Under the pieces are notes generated by a model. It ran no database searches, was not told the DNA's origin, and saw nothing but the letters and a program-made list of their open reading frames with translations. Made by a program: the position numbers and the translations under genes. A DNA stretch of 64,000 nt from Desulfomonilia bacterium (lineage in GTDB: Bacteria > Desulfobacterota > Desulfomonilia > UBA1062): the NCBI GenBank assembly GCA_050014195.1, contig JBEKDT010000010.1, positions 32,001 to 96,000 of the forward strand. The letters run 5' to 3'. Position 1 is the first letter of the stretch, and each line of letters begins with the position of its first letter. Of the stretch, positions 60,202 through 64,000 are shown in pieces.

Positions 60202-61194
60202 CTATGAAAACACATTCACCATGAATGCCGCGTAAAGCAGCCCGCCCACGAGAAGCACAAAGGGATTGATTTTATTAAAGATCGTAACCCACATAAGGAT
60301 AAACAGTGATGAGGCAAAGGCAAGCTCAGCCGAGAGCATTGTTTTACCGGTGAGGTTCCACGGGGTGAAAATAATGCCGAAGACCACTGGGAAGCAACTC
60401 TGGAAGACCATGGCTCCGGTGATATTCCCGAGTGCGAGTGTATCTTTCTGTTTACCGATCCAGATGACGGAGTTCATCTTCTCGGGCAGTTCTGTAGCAA
60501 TGGGCGTGATAATGATGGAAAGGATGAGTGGGGCCACACCGAGGGCAAGCGAAAGTTCCTCCACATATTTGATAAACAAATGGGAGCCCCAGATGATAAG
60601 TGCCAGACCCAGCAGGAGCTGCACCGAGATCCAGACAAGGTTTTCCGGGAGCCTGAGAAATCGCCTGAGGTAAAGCTCCTCTACCGTCTCATTGAGTCCC
60701 GCGTCCGAAGAGATGGTAACCTTGAGATAGAATAGATAGGAAAGCATCAGAACAACAGCTATGACAATACGTATGATTTGGTGGTGTATAAAGGTAGTGA
60801 GCACTGCCATGCCGTAGATGATAACGAAAAAGATCAGATCCTTGCGGATCAGAGAGGGGTCGGCATTCATGGTAATGGGCCGCTTTCCAAGGGCTGAATA
60901 AACAAGTACGGCAGACCCCGTGACAAAGAAGGCCAGCGTACCGAGCATAAATGGTGCGCCTGCTATTGCGCCGATCCCGATCTGATGTGAGTCCGGCGTA
61001 TTGGTAACGATGATGGCCATGATGGGGATGATGGTCTCGGGTAGGGCTGTGCCCACGGCTGCCAGGATACTTCCGACAATTCCCTGGTGGAGGTTGAGCT
61101 TCTCCCCTGCCTGTTCCACGGCATTGACGAATATGTAGCAAGACAACAAGATCAGCCCGAGACTTACTGCAGTCATAAAGATGCTGATTGTCAT
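60202..61194 (-). CDS. Cation:Ca2+ antiporter (CaCA family)
   Basis: Alpha repeats AAVGTALPE and PIATELPE, plus ALGNITGA. Confidence 0.92.
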   Translation of the reverse strand: MTISIFMTAVSLGLILLSCYIFVNAVEQAGEKLNLHQGIVGSILAAVGTALPETIIPIMAIIVTNTPDSHQIGIGAIAGAPFMLGTLAFFVTGSAVLVYSALGKRPITMNADPSLIRKDLIFFVIIYGMAVLTTFIHHQIIRIVIAVVLMLSYLFYLKVTISSDAGLNETVEELYLRRFLRLPENLVWISVQLLLGLALIIWGSHLFIKYVEELSLALGVAPLILSIIITPIATELPEKMNSVIWIGKQKDTLALGNITGAMVFQSCFPVVFGIIFTPWNLTGKTMLSAELAFASSLFILMWVTIFNKINPFVLLVGGLLYAAFMVNVFS

Positions 61195-61209
61195 GTATGA
61201 TTTTCTCCT

Positions 61210-62805
61210 TTAAAGGGCTAAAAGGTGTGCAGCCTTTTCATTGTCATCTCCCCTTAGTGCCCTGACAATCTCTCCATAGAGCTTTCCTGCATCCTCTCCC
61301 AGACCGCTCTTATCAAGGATCTTCCCATTCTTGTAGTCATACTCATAAAGCCCCAGACGCGGCTCATATGAGCCCCACTCGTAGTTGTCAGTCAAAGACC
61401 AGTAGCAGTATGCCTTCACCGGAATTCCCTCACCTATGGCCTGCATAACCTCCCGGATGCTCCATTGCAGGTATGGCCCCCTGCCCTGTCCGTCAACCCG
61501 TGGAATAGCTTTTCCCCCTTTTTTCTGGCAATGAGCAATAGTAGTCTCCAGTATATGGATGGGCAGTCCGAAGCTATTGTCATGGTGTGCCCTGAGGATT
61601 GTTCGGAAGTGTTCAGGATCGTGCCGCCATGCCCACCATTGAGGGCGGAACATGGGCTCGTTCGTGCCCAGTTTGGGGATTCGTATATAGGGAGAGCCGA
61701 TCACAAACGGGTCGTAGATGTCTAAGCCAATGGCATCGATTTTCTCTTTTCTGGTGGATGCATAAAGCACCTCAATAGTCCTTTTCATGGAGAGAGGATC
61801 GAAGAGCAATGAACAGAAAAAGCGATAGTTCATGAAATACAATCTCTGCCAAGAATACCTGCCCCAACGAAAGCAGGACAGGTCATCGAATCTTCGATTC
61901 CATGTGTTCCGGTGCATTGCCAGATAGTCCTTCAACACCCTTTTTTCAACCAGATTTGATGTGGCTCTGACAAGATCGAAGAAGGCCCGGTCAAATTCAT
62001 AGATTGCTGTACAGAAGGTGTTGAAGGTGACGGTCGGTCTTTGCCAACCTTGTTCTTCATAGAGATCGTGGATCTTGTCGTAGAGCAGGACATGGGTCAT
62101 GAGCATTGTGTCCATGGCTTTTCTCGCAGCACCGAATCCCCTTGTTTCATGGGGATGCTCTCCTACCATGTAGGTGAGAAGTGGCAGTATATTGGGCTCA
62201 TTCAGGGTGATCAGATGTGTGAGCGGCTTTTTGCCTGCTTTTAAGAGATGTTCATTGATCCTGCGAACAAGGCTGCTTGCATATTCTACAAACACACAGG
62301 CCATGCCTTCCTCAAGCCACAGGTCCGTTCCGCACCAGGCTGGATGCGTGAAGTGATGGAGCGTTACGATAGGTGTCATACCGGCATCCATGATTTTAGA
62401 GATAATGGATGCATAGTTTTCAATGGCGGTTTCGTTGATAGCCGGTAGTGGGCTCACCCGCTGGTGGAGAGATGGTTGAACCCGAGCCCATTCAATGCTC
62501 ATGCGGAATGCGTTAAGGCCGAGTGACTTGGCGAGAGCGATGTGTTCATCATGCCTGTCCCAGAAACGGCATGCATCACCGGTCGGCTCAACCTTTCCCG
62601 TGAGTTCCCATTGGGCAAAATTATTATGCGGGCAGTCGGGACTGTTATACCCACCCTCTGTTTGATAGCCCGAATTGGCAACACCAAAGAGGAAGTCTCT
62701 TGGAAGCTTTACCTTTGAGAATTGATTGTTGCAGGTACTATAAGCTTTTTTCTCACGAGGCTTTTCCACCAGGCATCTCCGCCTCAACGTGAAACAGGAC
62801 TCCAA
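61210..62805 (-). CDS. Glycoside hydrolase family 1
   Basis: FLFGVANSGYQTEG, FRMSIEWAR, TLHHFTHP, acid/base NEP, nucleophile ILE and WSLTDNYEW. Start uncertain. Confidence 0.92.
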   Translation of the reverse strand: MESCFTLRRRCLVEKPREKKAYSTCNNQFSKVKLPRDFLFGVANSGYQTEGGYNSPDCPHNNFAQWELTGKVEPTGDACRFWDRHDEHIALAKSLGLNAFRMSIEWARVQPSLHQRVSPLPAINETAIENYASIISKIMDAGMTPIVTLHHFTHPAWCGTDLWLEEGMACVFVEYASSLVRRINEHLLKAGKKPLTHLITLNEPNILPLLTYMVGEHPHETRGFGAARKAMDTMLMTHVLLYDKIHDLYEEQGWQRPTVTFNTFCTAIYEFDRAFFDLVRATSNLVEKRVLKDYLAMHRNTWNRRFDDLSCFRWGRYSWQRLYFMNYRFFCSLLFDPLSMKRTIEVLYASTRKEKIDAIGLDIYDPFVIGSPYIRIPKLGTNEPMFRPQWWAWRHDPEHFRTILRAHHDNSFGLPIHILETTIAHCQKKGGKAIPRVDGQGRGPYLQWSIREVMQAIGEGIPVKAYCYWSLTDNYEWGSYEPRLGLYEYDYKNGKILDKSGLGEDAGKLYGEIVRALRGDDNEKAAHLLAL

Positions 62806-62847
62806 GATAAATCATCACACATCCATGGTCATTTACCAGTGTACACC

Positions 62848-63567
62848 CTATAAAACTTTATCCTTTTTCTCCTTTTTCCCCTGTGCCTCGATTACCTCAT
62901 AGTTTCTTAAACTCATAACCATATCAATTATTGAACCAGGGAGGCTGTGAACTGCCTTGCCGGTAGATAAAGCCAGGCAGTAGGTCTGTGCCACCTTTTC
63001 CAAAAGCTCTGCATTGAGGAGCGCCTTATCGAGATTTTTACCAAGCGCTAGAATACCATGGTTCTGGATGATGTATGCATTGGCATTGTTTGATAGCTTA
63101 CCTTCGACATTCTTAACAAGATCCGCACTCCCGGAAAGTGCATAGGGGACGACTTCTACCATGTGGCCCAAAGAAAAAGAGACCTCATCGAAAAGGGCAG
63201 GAATAGGCTCATTGATAACGGCAAAAACGCTTCCGTAGATCTGGTGTGTGTGGACAATAGCATTAACGTCCGGGCGTGTCTTATAGATGATGCTGTGCAT
63301 CCCCGATTCCACGGACGGCGCCAGATTTCCCTTCCCCTCAATAATTGAAAGGTCGAAGCCCACCACACACATATCATCAGATGAAAGATCCTTGTACTTT
63401 GCTGATGACGGGGTGATGACCATGGAGTTTTCATCATCGTTTCGCACGGAGACGTTGCCTCCGGTGCCCCTTTGAGACCCGAAGTAACCGTGCTCTAAAA
63501 GCCAGATGCTTGTCTCAAGCACATTTTTTTTATTGGTATCATACTTAGACATCGGTATTTGATGCAC
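62848..63567 (-). CDS. Class II aldolase/adducin family (FucA/AraD-like)
   Basis: GNVSVR, ITPS, PSVE..MH, HTH and NHG. Confidence 0.92.
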   Translation of the reverse strand: MHQIPMSKYDTNKKNVLETSIWLLEHGYFGSQRGTGGNVSVRNDDENSMVITPSSAKYKDLSSDDMCVVGFDLSIIEGKGNLAPSVESGMHSIIYKTRPDVNAIVHTHQIYGSVFAVINEPIPALFDEVSFSLGHMVEVVPYALSGSADLVKNVEGKLSNNANAYIIQNHGILALGKNLDKALLNAELLEKVAQTYCLALSTGKAVHSLPGSIIDMVMSLRNYEVIEAQGKKEKKDKVL

Positions 63568-63581
63568 TCCTTTATATGTAA

Positions 63582-64000
63582 TCAGACACTATTGTTTACT
63601 TTCTTCCGATCAATCTCAGTCAACAGGAGAACGAGAACCAATGCAACACCAAAGAGAGAAGAAAGTAATGTCATGTTGAAGAATATTACAAAGATTATTC
63701 CGGTGATTTGACCACTCAACATTAAAATACCGTTGGAGGTGGCTTCCGGTACCGGATGGGTCTTTTCAACTGCATAGGTCAGCCCGATCGGAAGTGCTGA
63801 AACGAGGAAGAAGCCGAAGATAAAACTGCTCATACCGAGCAACCAGATGCTGGTTGAATACTGCAGCAGCAGAGTAAGGGGAATGGACAAACCAATAGCC
63901 AGCACCAGGAACAGCTTTCTTCTATGGTATTTATCCGAAAGGGCCGAGAGGATTACCGCGCCGAATATGCCTCCGACCACCAAGAGACCTCCCATTATGC
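63582..64000 (-). CDS. MFS transporter, C-terminal part (5' end outside the window)
   Basis: LSDKYHRRK loop motif, multiple TM helices and E..HPVPEATSNG. Confidence 0.88.
   Translation of the reverse strand, partial: IMGGLLVVGGIFGAVILSALSDKYHRRKLFLVLAIGLSIPLTLLLQYSTSIWLLGMSSFIFGFFLVSALPIGLTYAVEKTHPVPEATSNGILMLSGQITGIIFVIFFNMTLLSSLFGVALVLVLLLTEIDRKKVNNSV

Overview
64 kb of bacterial chromosome, most likely from a deltaproteobacterial-type (Desulfobacterota/Syntrophales-like) organism. That assignment is inferred from gene content such as rpsF-rpsR-yybS-rplI-dnaB, rapZ with mannose-type PTS, and a fimU/pilWVX/pilY1 set. From left to right the window holds: (1) a minus-strand chemosensory operon (STAS-STAS-cheY-cheA-mcp-cheW-cheR-cheD-cheB) ending in an atypical receiver/anti-sigma-kinase gene that runs off the left edge; (2) a long plus-strand run of rapZ, PTS IIA/IIB/IIC, a RimI-PyrK fusion, pyrD, comEC and four minor pilins, facing a convergent pilY1; (3) core genes hfq, ligA, acyP, rpsF, rpsR, rplI, dnaB, an internally deleted RpoH-like sigma factor, dedA, rlmD, nadK, recN, argA-like, pmbA, secA and argJ; (4) a dif site at 40950-40977 on which KOPS-like octamers converge, so this is probably the replication terminus; (5) a ~13 kb patchwork of accessory genes and relics, including surface proteins, cell-wall enzymes, redox proteins and an orphan HTH gene with twin operators; (6) mutL, miaA, ttcA, tsaC, rne/rng and a minus-strand MFS-aldolase-GH1-antiporter cluster. 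I saw no tRNA, rRNA, CRISPR array or intact transposase/integrase. All calls come from reading motifs by eye; no searches were run.
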